DNA of 64,000 nt from Vicugna vicugna (Eukaryota). Where the stretch lies: assembly GCA_013265495.1 (NCBI GenBank), contig MU058221.1, positions 1,798,001 through 1,862,000 of the forward strand, in the 5' to 3' direction. The notes below the pieces were generated by a model. The model was not told where the DNA came from. It made no database searches and saw only the letters and a program-made list of their open reading frames with translations. Numbering within the stretch: position 1 is the first letter of the stretch; the number at the start of each line of letters is the position of its first letter. Shown here piece by piece: positions 49,778 through 63,300 of the stretch. Made by a program: the position numbers and the translations under genes.

Positions 49778-50500
49778 TTTTTTTGTTTGTCTTTTTTAAT
49801 ATATTTTTATTGAAGTATAGCAGTTTACAATATTGTGTTAATTTCTGGTGCACAGCACAATACTTCAGTCATATAGGAACATACATGCATTCGTTTTCTT
49901 ACTCTTTTCACCATAAGTTACTGCAAGACATTAAATATGGTTGCCTGTGCTGTACAGTATAAACTTGTTTATCTATTTTATATATATATTAGATAGTATC
50001 TGCAGATCTCAAGCTCCCAATTTATCCCTTCCCACCCCCTTCCCCCTCTATTAATCATGAGTTCATTTTCTATGTCTGTGAGTCTGTTTCTGTTTCATAT
50101 ATAAGTTCATTTGTCTTTTTTGTTTTTCAAGATTCCACATGTAAGTGATCTCATATGGTATTTTTTCTTTCTCTTTCTGGCTTACTTCACTTAGAATGAC
50201 AATCTCCATCCATGTTGCTACAAATGGCATTATTTTATTCTTTTTTATGGCTGAGTAGTATTCCTTTGTGTAAATATACCACAGCTGCTTTATCCAGTCA
50301 TCTGTCGATGGACATTTAGTTGTTTCCATGTTTTGGTTATTGTAAATAGTGCTGCTATGAACATTGGGGTACATGCGTCTTTTTGAACTAAGGTTCCCTC
50401 TGGATGTATGCCCAGGAGTGGGATTACTGGATCATATGGTAAGTGTATTCTTGGTCTTTTGAGGAATCTTCATACTGTTTTCCATAATGGCTGCACCCAC
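49778..50500 (-). mobile_element. 5'-truncated L1 (frameshifted ORF2 C-terminus + 3'UTR)
   Basis: ORF track KCPSTDDWIKQLWYIYTKEYYSAIKKNKIMPF; polyT tail at 49778. Confidence 0.95.
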
Positions 50501-51373
50501 ATTAAAGTCTTAACATTTTTAATCTGCCTTAGCTTCTTTTAATAAGACATAACTCAGAAACAGCCAGAGGGAAGAGGTTTACAGGTATACCATGACTGGG
50601 GCCTTCCATGACATTTAAGCCAGAAGTGATAATAAAATAGGAAACTCACCTTAAACAGGTCACGTATCCAACTTTTGACTCCTGTGTACAATTCATCCAT
50701 TTTGTTGAGTGTTCTCAGGTCCTTATTTTTCCCATTTTATAGAGAGCTTTTCATTTTAATCAGTAAGGGAAACACACTTTATAGGCCAACCCCAGCTTGG
50801 TCAGAACTGGAGGCTATAAGTATTTTTTTTTATTTTATGGCATTTTAATGAATCAATTATCTTTTCACCTGTGATTTGTTGAGAATTAAAAGGAGATGTT
50901 TATCTAACAACGTTTTGATTGGTCAGTGGGCGTAGGAAAGGACGAGAAGAAAATTCATTTGATTCATGGAATTGCAGCCATGTGTATGTGCGTTTAATTC
51001 AAGTTTAGTATCTTCCACCTCAGGAATGAGAACTTAATGGAAGCGTCTACTGGACAGCCATCTTTGAAGTGGAGAGAAGTGTGAGGCAGTTGTGAACTAG
51101 AGGCATCACTCGGGTTCTGGGGGCATCAGGAGGACACTAAACAGAGCTATGGAAGAGTTATCACGTGTAATCCTTCCCTGGCCGTGGGCCTGGGAACCAG
51201 GCTGCGTACAAAGTAGTGACCCCGAGTGCGTAGGAATCTGGTCTTGATATGTTAAACATGAAGCTTCTGCTTTCCCGCATCAGGGGTTTACACGAGTTCT
51301 ATATCTCCACCCAGCAGGAGAATTCGTTTTTTCATCTTGAATTCTAATCAAGGAGTTACCACCCTTGCTAAAT

Positions 51374-51580
51374 CAGTGGCTCTAACAAGGGATGACCGTG
51401 TCCCCAGACACATTGCACAGTGTCTAAACACACCTGGCACAACGGGAGAGGGGAGTTCTACCCACACCTAGCGTGGAGAGCCCAGCGACACAGCTAAACA
51501 TGTTGCAGTGCACAGGACAACACTGCACAAAAACCTTCATCCAGCCCAAAATGCTAATAATGTCAAGATTGAGAAAACTT
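51374..51580. mobile_element. MER20-like hAT-Charlie MITE
   Basis: cagtggctctaac...gctaaacatgttgcagtgcacaggaca...ccagcccaaaatgctaataatgtcaagattgagaaa. Confidence 0.75.
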
Positions 51581-51639
51581 TTGCTCACGTGAACAGCATT
51601 CAGTCTCCACAGACACAGCTGTCAGAGAACCAACAAAGT

Positions 51640-52050
51640 AAAATACATATGATAGTCTAGAAAAGACAAAGCTATGGAGACAATGAAAGATCTGTGGTTT
51701 CCCAGGGTTATGGGCTGAGATGAATAGGCAGAGCGTAGAGAAATTTTAGGGCAGTAAAGATAGTCTGTAAAATATTATGATGATGGATATATGCCATTAT
51801 ACACGTCTCCAAATCCAGAAAGTGTGCAATATCAAAAGTGAACCCTAGCATAAACTATGGGCTTTGGGCGATGATGGTGAGCCAATGTTTGCCCATCCTT
51901 GGTAAAAAACGTACCATTCTGGTGAGTGATGTTGATAATGTGAAAGGTTACATATACATAGGGGCAGGAGGTAGATGGGAATTTTCTGTGCCTTCCTCTC
52001 AATTTTGTTGTAAACCTAAAATTGCCCTCAAAAGTAAAATCTTGAAGCAC
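51640..52050 (+). mobile_element. L1MC1-like 3' end
   Basis: gatgaataggcagagcgtagagaaattttagggcagt...gtgaaccctagcataaactatggg...ttgtaaacctaaaattgc. Confidence 0.85.
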
Positions 52051-52464
52051 AAAAGAACAAAGTAGGAAGCATATAACTTAAAGAGCTCCAATAAGAACAG
52101 ATAAGGGCAGAATTCCCGGGAACTCGAAGCGGGAAGCCAGCACTTCACAGAATGTGCTGGAAAGAAACAAAATCTCTGCAGAAAGTACTGCAATTACTGT
52201 AAGGTGAATGTTGAGCACATGTAAAGGATAATTTTAATTTTCTGCAAAACATAAAGACATCATGACACAAAAGTGGCATCCTATAATAAGTAGGTATGAA
52301 ACAAGTGCCACATGGGGAGAAAAAGCTACAGAATCTGACAGATCAGGAAGAGGACACATGGCCAGCCAAATCACCATTTTTCTGTAGGAGGTTGGAACTG
52401 ACAGTGCGAGCTGCAGTTTATTGTATATATTTTTGTGTGCGTTTCCATAGACTTCCACTGTGGA

Positions 52465-52982
52465 AGATTAAAGAAGATCACAAATTCTTTGACGCTCCTT
52501 CCATGTAGAGGCGGGCTCATGTCAGTTCCACTGGAAATTCAGAGGCCTCTGTGATTGTTTGACCAGTGAAATACAGCTTCTGGGTCCAGCCCTTCAAAGA
52601 CTGGCCACTTCTACTTCCTTCATCCTGGAACACTCTTTTTGAGAGACTGAAACAGCCATGAACAAATTCTAATTTACCCTGAGACGGCCATACTGAAAAA
52701 GGCACAGGCAGGTACTCTGGTCGATGTCTCTGAATGAGCCAGTCTTCCGTCCATCCCTGCCAGGTGGCAGAGATGAGAAAGGAGCCATCTTGGTCCCTCC
52801 AGACCAATGTGTCTGTCAGTTGGTACCAGGCAACGACCTTTGTAGACACCACACGGAAAGAATTGCTCAGATGAGCACTGCCCAAATTCCTGATCTACAA
52901 AACTGGGGGCTACAATCAAATACATATATGTTAAACCATTAGGCTTTGGGGTGTTTGTTACGCAGCCATAAATAAATAGAAA
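52465..52982 (+). mobile_element. MLT1-type MaLR solo LTR
   Basis: ttctgggtccagcc, gagccatcttgg, cccaaattcctgatctacaaaact, ttaaaccattaggctttggggtgtttgttacgcagccataaataa. Confidence 0.75.
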
Positions 52983-53304
52983 AATCCTTTTGGTATATTT
53001 ATACAATAGCATGTTGAAGAGCCCCTCTGAAGGCATCGGTACAGACAGATACAAACATTGAAAGGACTCTGCCTGTAAGAAATCTTTGTGCTGAGAAAGC
53101 AAAGGACAGGTAAACATTCCACCTTTTAGGTTATTTCGACTGAGGGGGGCCGGAGACTGTAGAATGGCAGCATGGCTTGTGGCAAGGGAGATAGCTCTGA
53201 CTCTCACAAATGACTGGAAAAGAGAGTTAACTTCCCACCAAGTACAGAAACACTGCAAGCTTAAGTCAGTTTGGGGTTAGAATCCTTTGTCTCTCTCTTT
53301 CTTT

Positions 53305-54817
53305 TTATTTTAATGAAAATGTAGTTGCTGTGCAGCACTGTGTTAGTTTCAGGCGTGCTGTGTAGCGCTGTGACGTTCGCATCCATTATTAAATGATCGC
53401 CGTGGCAAGTCTAGCAAGCACCTGCTTGCCGTGCGACGTTGTGAGTGTCATCGCCCACATTCCTCATGCTGTGGGCGGCCTGGCTGCGGCTTATTTATTT
53501 TATAACCGGCAGTTTGTATCTCTAAACCCACTTTGCCTGCTCTGCCCTCCTAATCCCCTAATCCTCTCCCCTCGGGCAAAAACGCATTCCATCCTTGTAT
53601 CTATTGATGTTGAGTATTTTTTCATGGGTTGGTTGGCCCTCTGTATGTCTTCTTGGAAATACATCTTTTCAGATCCTCTGTCCATTTGCTCCTCAGGTTG
53701 TTTTTGTTTTATGTTGAGTTACATGAGTTCTTTTTGTATTTTGGATGTTAACCTCTTATCAGATATAGTGTTTGCAAATGTTTTGTCCCATTCAGTTGGA
53801 TGCCTTCATTTTGTTTGTTGAGAGTGTTCCTTCCTCTTTAATTTTTTGGAATAGTTTGGAAAGGATGCATGTTGACTCTTCTTTCAGCATTTGGTAGAAT
53901 TCACCTGTGATGACATGCAGCCCTGGACTTCTGTTTGTTGGGAAGTTTTTCTTTTTAATTACTGATTCAATTTTGACTAGCAACTGGTTGGTTTATATTT
54001 TCTATTTCTTCCTAATTCAGTCTCGGGAGAGTGTATGTGTTCCTAGGAATTAGTCCATTTGTCCCAGGTTGTCCATTTTGTTGGCATATCATTGTCCATG
54101 CCAGTCTCATATGAGGCTTTATATTCATGCGGTGTCATTTGTAACGTCTCCTCTTTCGTATCTGACTTTATTTATTTGGTCCCTCTCTCTCTTTTTTTCT
54201 CGATGAATCTGGCCGAAAGCTTGTTGACCTTGTTTACCTTCTCAAAGATCTGGCTTTTAGTTTCATTGATGTTTTCTGTCGTATTTTTTTCCTTTTTGCC
54301 TCTATTTCATTTATTTCTGCTCCGATATTTATGGTTTCTTTCCATGTGTTAACTTTGGGTTTTCTTTGTCCTTCTTTTTCAAGTTCCTTTAGGTGTCAAT
54401 TTAGACTGTTTACTTGAGATTTTTCTTGTCTTCTGAGGTTGGCTTGTATCACTAAACTTCTCTCTTAAAACTGCCTTTGCTGCTTCCCAGGGATTTTAGA
54501 TCACTTTGTTTCTGTTGTCATTTGTCGATGGGTGTTTTTCCTTTCCTCTCTGAGTTCTTCAGTGACCCAACTAGTAGTTTAATTTAGTATATGTTTCAGC
54601 CTCTATTGGTTTGTGTTTGCATAGGTTTTTTTCTTTTACTTGATTTCTGGTCTTACAGCATCGTGACCAGAAAAGATGCCTGATATCATTTCAATCTTCC
54701 TAAATTTACTGAGACTGGTTGTGTGACCTAGCATGTGATATATCCTGGAGTATGTTCCATGCGCACATGAAAAAAAATGTATATTCTGCAGTTTTTTGAT
54801 AAAATGCTTTCTATATA
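53305..54817 (-). mobile_element. Fragmented L1 (3'UTR and ORF2 pieces)
   Basis: ORF track shows ORF2 motifs SPGLHVITGEFYQMLKE and AHGTYSRIYHMLGHTTSLSKF; antisense 3'UTR at 53305-53575. Confidence 0.85.
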
Positions 54818-55622
54818 CAGTTGACCCATGAACAACATGGGTTAGAACTGTGCAGGTTTCAATAAACATACAGGAAAAATATTTGGAGATTCGCAGCAGT
54901 TTGAAAACACAGACAAACTGAGTAACCAAGACATAGCAAAAAATATTAATAAATGGTTAAGTATGTTATGAATGCATAAAAATATATATAGGTACTAGTC
55001 TATCATTTAATACATTAAAATATACACAAATCTATTCTAAGAAGTTAAAATCATCAAAATAGACACATTCAAACACTTATCATAATGACAGCATTTGCAG
55101 CAGAGAGAAATGCAAACAAACTTAAAAATGCAGTATTGAATCATACCCGCATAAAATAAACTGCAGTACATGCTGTGCTATTGTAAATTTTTAGCAGCCT
55201 CCTGTTGCTATTGTGTGAGTATCCACTTAATGTGTGTGCGATGCCGATCATCTGCACACAAGGAGTTCGTCTCTCCTGTAAATCACGGATCTCAGTAAAA
55301 AGTGATCTTCTGCAATTCTCACGTTACTTTTCGCCATGTTTAGCGCAATACCATAAACGTTGAATAACACCATGGGACCCATGCAAAGTGTCACCAGTGA
55401 TGCTGGAAGTGCTCTGAAGAAGCAGAGAAAATTCATGACACCACAAGAGAAAGCTGAATTGCTATATACGTACCGTAGATTGAGGTCTGCAGCTCTGGTT
55501 GCCTGCAGCTCTGGTTGCCTGCCACTGCAAGATAAATGAATGCAGCATAAAGACCGCTAAGGAAAAAGGAAAGGAAATGTATGAAGCCATCACTGCAGCT
55601 CTGTCCACAGTTGCAAAACCCG
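54818..55622 (+). mobile_element. Tigger2-like (TcMar-Tigger) left end with decayed transposase N-terminus
   Basis: TA followed by TIR cagttgacccatgaacaacatgggttagaactg. ATG at ~55372 reads MGPMQSVTSDAGSALKKQRKFMTPQEKAELL. 16-bp tandem duplication ctgcagctctggttgc. No right TIR seen. Confidence 0.85.
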
Positions 55623-57714
55623 TGCAGAAAAGAAGCAGCTGACTCTACTGTTCTGTTCAAACGCAGTCAGTTTTATGATGAGTTCTGCTCCTACCTATAC
55701 GCTGCTAACACCCTCACTTGACTGCAACGAAACAAAGCAGAACAAACAAAACCTGTCTTTTTATACATTCCTGGGGGTTGTGATTTATTCAAAAAAGTGG
55801 TGTTTTCCTAGCTTGTCTGTGCTGATGAGGGGCTCGACTGTACTTTGGGATAGCAAGGAGGAGCCGATGCCGAGCCCGGGGCGAGCTGAGGAGACTGGGG
55901 CAGCTAGAGAGGCAGAGCTGTGAAGCCACTCGGGGCTGCTAGTCTTTTCTGGCTTTGGTCTGCCCCTTGCATTAACCCATGTCTGTAACATAGTCTACTT
56001 TTACCCACTGCAGACGTCCAGAATAAGTGTATTCTCTGTTCTTCCTATGAGATGTTCAGAATCGTATTCCCCCTAGATTTCCTCTTTAGGCAAAACATTC
56101 TTGGTTCCTTGAATTAGTCTTTACGTACCTTAATATTTCAATTATCATTTTATTTTTTAAGCACGAAGTTCACTACTAAATCGATCAGTATGCAGCAGAG
56201 CAGTATTTCCATTTTCAATGTTTTTGGCCACAATACACTGTTTAACGCAATGTAGAATTACACTTTATATTGAATGAGCACACTCTTAACCAATAATAAG
56301 TGAAAGTTACCATATGCCTTTATGCGCATTATATTTTCCTTCAATACATATGCAGGAATCTGAAAAAATGTTTGGGTAAGTGAGGACTTTGTTCCGAGAA
56401 GTGTTTTTGGAGGCCAATGTGTAGGGGGAAGGACCAAATTCAATCCTCCACACTCAGTTCTGAGGAAAAGATCTGACTGCTTCAAGCAGGATAGTGCTTT
56501 CTGCACCATGACTGTCACGTGAGTCAAAGATATAAAACGAATAAATAAAAACAGAATTAGCATCCATGTGCTCTTAAGTAGCCATGTCTAGTGGCAGCTA
56601 GATTTTTGCTTAATTAATGTAGAATTCACTTTGCAGAAAAAGAAATGGAGCAATGTATAGGCTGGCTTTAGTGACATGTGTTCTTTATAGACCCAAACAT
56701 GTCAGCATCCAGACAGAACGAGGACTTCTTGCCTTAGTAAATTGAGAAGTTGATTGTAAAACGAAATCTTATTTCTCTTGCCATGTTTAGATCTGTTAAG
56801 CAGAGGGAGGGAATAAAAAGCAGACTTACTCTTTATACACACACACACATATATGTATGTGTATATATATGAATTTATTACTATGTATACGATAAGAAAT
56901 TCTGTTACTGCCACTTTAACTCCTAAGCCAAATATGGAAGAAAAAATTTTAAATGAAACTGTAGGCTAACGTGGCTAGGAGTGGATGACTGATTAGCAAT
57001 TATCTAAAAGGACCCAAAGGCTTTTTAACCAGCAGGACGGCACAGAAGGACGGTTTCTTTGTGTACCTACATATGCATGTATATTAACTGTTGATGTCCA
57101 CCAGGAATTGAAAAAAATTTGTGGAAATTCCACCATCACGAGTGAAAATCCTCTAACACTGGGGACTTACTTGCACAATTGTCTTCTCTGCGAAACCTTG
57201 CTGCATCTACAGAGTATCATTGCTTTTTAAAACCACCCCTGCAATATCACTATAGAAATGAGGAATAAAGACATTTTCCTTCCTCAAGAGCCTTCGCTGA
57301 ACTGTTTCTAGCTTCTAATAGAAACTGTAGGTCTCCATTAAAGGAACAATACATTCGTGGATTGACAACAGACAAATTAGCACAGGGAAAACTGATGGAA
57401 TGGTTATAACTTATATATGGGAGAGTTTTAATTTTGGTCTTTTGACAAACATTGTAAAACTAAAAACTTCAAATGGATGTTAAGCCTTTCAACGTAACCA
57501 GGTGTATCCAGTGAGGCCACGGTGTCCTAACACATTTTGTGAAATATACTCATAAAATATTAAGAGTCTTCTGGACAACCTCAACGGAACCCCACTACTT
57601 TTGAAGGGGCGAAAAGTCTGGAGCTTATTTGAGTGAATATAATGGTTATCAGCTTGAGTTGGGACGCTTGGGGTGTAGACCCTGAAGAAGTTTAATTCTG
57701 TGTGACTATTTAAC

Positions 57715-57870
57715 TGATTCTAAAGGCAACTCACAGAGAGACGTTCAAAATATACTTGAATAACAGCGGCATCATTTGAACGTGGCTTGCTTTCATGGAC
57801 TAACAATTTATGTGGCTACATTATGCACATCTTAAAAATTGTCATTATTTTTGAGCAGTTTCTAAGTATA
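57715..57870 (+). mobile_element. Possible ancient mariner (MARNA-like) relic
   Basis: ctaaaggcaactc...ttcaaaatatacttgaataacagcggcatcatttgaa resembles a mariner transposase 3' end; very degraded. Confidence 0.4.
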
Positions 57871-60459
57871 CGTCAGACTCATAATTGTCACAGCCCAACC
57901 CATATATTTCTATTAAAAAACCTGTAGTGCCAGATGGCACAGGCACTTAGGAACAGGCAGTCCATTAACCATGCATTAAGGAAAATAATCTCTATGTTCA
58001 ATGAATAAACCACTGCATTATCAGCCTTGATGCCAGGTTACGGATATCTGCTCCTGTGTGGTGCAATTATTTCCCTTTTCTGTTTCCTGTAACGTTATTT
58101 TGTCTCTCTTGTTCCATTAAGTGACACATCTTAAGGTCTATAACTTCTGTAGCTTTATAATTTCATTCATCCAGGTCAATGACTTTTTATAGAGCATGTG
58201 CTGTCAGTCACTGCTGTGGTTTCCAGACGCATGGCAATGAGCTATACATATATAAGGTCTTGCCCTTAAGGAGATTAAATGTTAGCAGTAGGATTCAGTC
58301 ATTGGCAAATGAGCAAGGCAACCTCATACTATGAAAAGTGCATGAAAGAAAGGAACATTATGCCGTTAAAGAGAATAACGGTGGATGCCAACCACTCAGT
58401 GCTCTGTGTGTGATGTTACGTGAATGTTGAATTCCTACGCCCTGTCCTGGGGGTATATCATCCTGCTGGAAATTCGCTCTCAGCAGTAGCATAAGTGGGA
58501 GGTTGTGGGGGTTTTTGTAATCTGTCTTCAAGGCTTGGGATGTATTGCTAAAATCTCACTCATTTCCTTTAATACATTTTAATACCTTTTAATAACATTT
58601 GCTAACTTCTGATTGATATTCTCTGAATGAATCTACTCCATCTGTGTACTTTCTGATCGTCACTCTATCTGAAGCCCTTTTCCTTTCTGTTCTCTATCAG
58701 ATCGGTGATCTATGAAAGCCAGATGACCTCAGGTCCTTCAGCCTTCTGAGAACATGGTTTTCTTTAATACTTTTTTTTAGATGAGTCCAGTCCCCTAATA
58801 ACCGACCCCATGGGGAAACTGAGTCTCCTCCCAGACCTTCTCATTATCCCCAGGAGGTCTTAGGTGCCCTCGTTGTCATTTGCCTGCTCTTCCTCTGCGT
58901 TCCAGAGTTCTCTCCATCTTCGGCCCTCTTTCCATTCCCTTCTTTTCATCTTTCACCTGGTCTGCAAGGGTGGGTGGTCTGTTTTCCCCAAAACAAAGTC
59001 CTTTCCTTATTCCTAAAGGAAGAGCTGACCCAGAGCTGATATTGGCACTGATTAGTAGGTCTTTGCTGGATTGTTGAGAAGGAAACGAAGGGAAATTACA
59101 GAGCAGGGTAGCTGCCTATCCGACGTCATTGGTCTTAAGTGCTGTCAGCTTCACCCTGTCAACTTTTTTTTTTTAATACACTGCCTTTCTGGCTCTTCCT
59201 TCCTCAGAAGTCATGAGAACTCCTTCATAGTTCTGCTTTTTCTTAGACTTAAATTCCTCTTAAGGCAGAGTGTTTCTGGTCTGTCCTCAAAACACCAAGG
59301 ATCATCTTCTATCAGGTCAAACTCTGCTTTGTTATGCAGAGCAGTTTAGTTTCCTTTGTTTTCCTTGATCAAAAACCTTCACAAATATTTTCCTCAATAA
59401 GAGAGTAAACTGAGCTGATGTAAGTTCTGGAGCTTCCCTGGAATATGAAAATGTCACCAGTTAATTGTTTTTATCGTTTCAAATAGTGATTTTTTTTCCT
59501 GCTACGTGCTCAAGAATGCTTCTCTGCTCTAGACACCCCTGGGGTCTTTTCTTCTAGTGCTTCCCCTAGGAGGTGAGAAAACAAGGAGCGAGCCAGAAAG
59601 TGGGCTGGGACCTCTGGCAGTCGCTGCGGCCACACCCCAGACACTCCCATCTAACAGGCCTCCAGCTGCGATCACAGATCGCCCTCCAGCCACGGAACCT
59701 CTGTCCTGGGGCCACAGACCGGAAAGCACAGGTCGAAACGGTAGAGTCATTCCAAAAGAGTCTGAGATGAGAGAGCAACATGCAGACAAGGGGCCACGCC
59801 CTGGGCAAGTGGAGTCCAGAGGGACGTCGGAGAGCACGCCCCAGCATGGCACACAGCTGGTACCCCCCACCCCAGATGGCACAGCTGGGAGAGGAGCTGG
59901 GGAAAAAATACCCGCTAGACCTGTCCATAAGCAGGTTAGTGGGTAACTAGCCCCCCACAGGGACCGTCTGCACGTACCTACAATGCCCAGCAGACAAAAC
60001 ACCACCCTTGAACGTGCTGGGGGCGGCCGTGCCCAAGCCTGCCTGTTAGTGGAGTGTGAGTGGGTGAGAGAGCCAGCCCTTCACGGGCCCCAGGGAGAGA
60101 GGGGGCCAGCGGCAGGGGCCAGATGCTCCTACTGAGCAGCTAGGGCCGGGGCTCACTTAGGCAAACACCTGAACTTCCGTCCCGCCTGACAGGTCTAATT
60201 GTTTCCAGCTGTTTTCACTCAGTTGCCTCCGAGGGTCCTTGCTCATGATTCCTAACCACAATAGACTCTCAAGGTAGAGCAATCATTCCTTTCCTCAGAT
60301 TGGCCCTTTGAGACCTCGAGGGATGCTTCATCGTCTACACAGTCAAAGCAAAACATTTTAAGTGGCTATTAGGTTTGGGATATTTTAAGCAAAACGAAAT
60401 GTAGGCATGTGGACGTTTTTAATCTATTAACTTGCTGAAGAGCCTGATTTTTCCAGGTT

Positions 60460-60640
60460 TTGGATCTGTGACTATTGTAAATAACGCTCCAGACCTCAGT
60501 GTCCTCATCTATAAGATATGGACACAATCGTACCCAGCTTAGAAGGCTTTGGTGAAAATAAATAAGATGAAATGTTTAAACTGACAGCCAGCCCAGTGCT
60601 GACATGTAGTTCGTAGTCAATAAATATTAGCTTTCATCAG
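60460..60640 (+). mobile_element. MIR SINE
   Basis: gacctcagtgtcctcatctataagatatgga...ggtgaaaataaataagatg...tcaataaatattagct. Confidence 0.7.
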
Positions 60641-61734
60641 AATCGTCCTACTGTGTCGCTTTTACTGTTGTTCATTTAATTTAACTAGACACCTCTGGTC
60701 TTCCCCAGTGAAAAACTAGAAATCATCATTCATTCTGCAATGACACAAAGATTCCAAATTAAACAGAATAGTAAACTGTTCACTGTGGATGAAACCATCC
60801 TTGTAAAACTCAAGGATATTAGGAAGCCACGGGCGTAGATTTTGGGCAGTGGGAAATACGCAGATTTAAATTAAACAGGAGATTTCAAGTAAAACATCAA
60901 GGCCAAATGTGATTTTATCCCAGAGGAAGACCTGAAAATTAAATCATAATCCAACAATAAAGCTGGATCAGTAAAAAGAAAATTGAGTATCTGAAGTTCA
61001 ACAAAACAGGCATTAAAATGGGCGTCTTACAACCAGGCCTGCATGCCTTAAAATTACACCGAACGTCTATTTAGAAATCCAAGTCATTTTTATTCCAAAA
61101 AGTATTATTTAACCTCTTTAAGAATGCTATTATTTGCAGAAGGCTTTACACTATTTTTCTACATTTTTCTCAAACAGCAAATACAAGAGGAAGAAAACGT
61201 GATTTTCCATCAAAGGAAATGTAAGGAGAGGGAGGTCAAGTGACACCCATGGGGTCACAGGGCTGGAGAAAGGCAAGGATTTGAAGCCCCCAAGGCTGGG
61301 ACGTCATGAGCTCATGTCTTCATCCTATAAGTCATAGTCTCCGCCTCTGTGAGTGATGATGATTTAAACCACACCCAAAGGGCTGTAATTCAGGGAGGTT
61401 GTCCAAGTGCTCTTGCTTCAAAGGCTCGGGGGATAAAGGGAAAATAATTTTTTCTGAAATTGAAATGCATCACACTTCAGGGCTTCTTATCACTGTCCAA
61501 TCATTTACAAGCTCTCATTTTTCAAGAGTTGGTAAATTTGCTGGAGAAATCCAGGACACTCTGTCATAAGAGAAAATTTGTTATTATACCTGGAAGGGCT
61601 GGTCTTAAGAGCAGGCAAAAACTGGTAATGGTCTGAGCTTAAGACAGCACCTTCAAAAACCAAACGAAAACTGTACAACAATCAAAGCAACACCACCAGC
61701 TACAATTTCACCATTAGAGACTCATTTATTTGGG

Positions 61735-61880
61735 TTTTAAATATTTGTGGTTGTACTGAGTGACAACTATATACCAAGTGTTATTCTAGAACTTTTGAAT
61801 ATGCTACCCTCACATTTCCATTTTATATATGGAGAAAATGAGGCATGGAGAGGTTACTCGGTTCGCCTAAGGCCACAGAA
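61735..61880 (-). mobile_element. MIR SINE fragment
   Basis: ccattttatatatggagaaaatgaggcatggagaggtta...gcctaaggccacag. Confidence 0.65.
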
Positions 61881-62034
61881 ATCCCTATGCTTATAAAAAT
61901 GTCCATAAATGTACTATTCCTTCTTAACTAACTCAGTAAGTAGTGTTACTTACCAAGATTCAGAGGATAGGCATGTTCCAGGAAAGAAAGGCTATAAAGG
62001 AATTGACTCCATCATACTGTGTATGATATTTTAC

Positions 62035-62529
62035 TGTAAATAAAGAACATCACCAGCCATGTCAGTAAACAAAGGGTGCTGTGGCCATCAAGTCATCAAC
62101 TCCTGCCACTAACCCCCTGACAGTGAGCGGAGGGAACTCAGGACGCAGACCAGCAGGCAGCCCGGCCTCTGCCGCCACCCCCAGCGGCGCCCCTGCGGGA
62201 ACTCGGGCTGTGAAAGAACAGGACGCTGGCCCCAGACGGCTGGGTGCACATCACAGGAAAGATTCCAGCGAGCCCAGACCTTTGCACCTTCCCACACACA
62301 GAAAAATGCTAAATTCCTTAATTTGAGCTATCTGGTTTTTTTAATTAACAGTAATCTTTTGATGTTCCGACTACCTGGTCTTTGTTGCAAAACTCCTGCA
62401 TCTCCCGGCTTCTGCCTCGCTGCTTTACAGCAACCTGAGAGGCTGCGCCCCGGGCTCGAGCCCTCAGAAGGCCCACCGATTATAACATAACCCTCAGCCT
62501 TCAGGCTGTGCACTTTATTCCAGTTGGCA
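62035..62529 (+). mobile_element. Complete ERV1-class solo LTR (495 bp, cetartiodactyl type)
   Basis: TG...CA termini; perfect 4-bp TSD ttac at 62031-62034 and 62530-62533. Confidence 0.85.
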
Positions 62530-62989
62530 TTACACATGTCTTTGATGTATTAAAATGGGAAACTTAAATTGCTATGCTTCGTTATCCTGTTTTTATCATT
62601 TGTGTGAATACTTCTGTGTTTTTACCCCTGTGGAAAGGAAGGCAAAGACGGCTCGAAGGTTGAGACTGTCCTTAGCACGAATGACCAGGGACACGAGTGC
62701 CCAGGAAGGACACTGGAATTGTGAGGAGAGTGCTGTGCAGGTGGGAGCGCAGACTGAGCCTCTTTGAGGATGGACTTTGGGGAGTTCAAGTGAGTAGGTA
62801 CATACTCTGTTTGGTAGGCTGAAACTCACACCCACCACTTTGACCTAACACATTACTGAGCCCACATTGTGTGTCAGACACGGTTCTAGAAACTGCTGAA
62901 TGATGCCGTCTTGTCTGATGTTCAGAGTAGCCTCAATTACTGTTATCACTCAGCTTAATCTAAGTGACATTAAGGTAGGGAAAAAAAAC

Positions 62990-63300
62990 CAATTTAGCAA
63001 CATATAACAATAAAACTTTCTTTTTTATTCTGCTGTGGACCTGCTGCAGATCAGCTGTAGCTCTGCCCCATGTATTTTGTTGCTGTTCTGGAATCTAGAC
63101 TGAGTGTTCTAGAATGGAGGCAGAGAGAACTGCTTCTGACCAGGAAACTGCAGAGGAGACAGAGGCACGGGGAAATACGTGTTGGCTCTTAAACTGCTGC
63201 TCATGCAGGACACATTACTTCTGCCTTCATTTCACGGGACAAATAAGTCAGACAGTCTCTCCTAAATCCTGTAGGGAGAAGAAGCATGACCCTTCTGCAG
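62990..63300 (-). mobile_element. Old MLT1-type MaLR LTR fragment
   Basis: gatcagctgtagctctgcccca...cttaaactgctgctc...acttctgccttcatttcacgggacaaataagtca. Confidence 0.5.

Noticed and set aside
49739..50602. Short inverted match flanking the 50-kb L1 (ggcctcagtcat / atgactggggcc)
   Set aside because: About 12 bp with a mismatch and offset from the insertion edge; compatible with chance
52674..53258. Longest ORF in the track (194 aa)
   Set aside because: Runs antisense through a MaLR LTR, has a non-ATG start and no recognisable homology
59529..60005. Stack of ORFs on both strands
   Set aside because: GC-rich chance ORFs with no family resemblance or convincing exon structure
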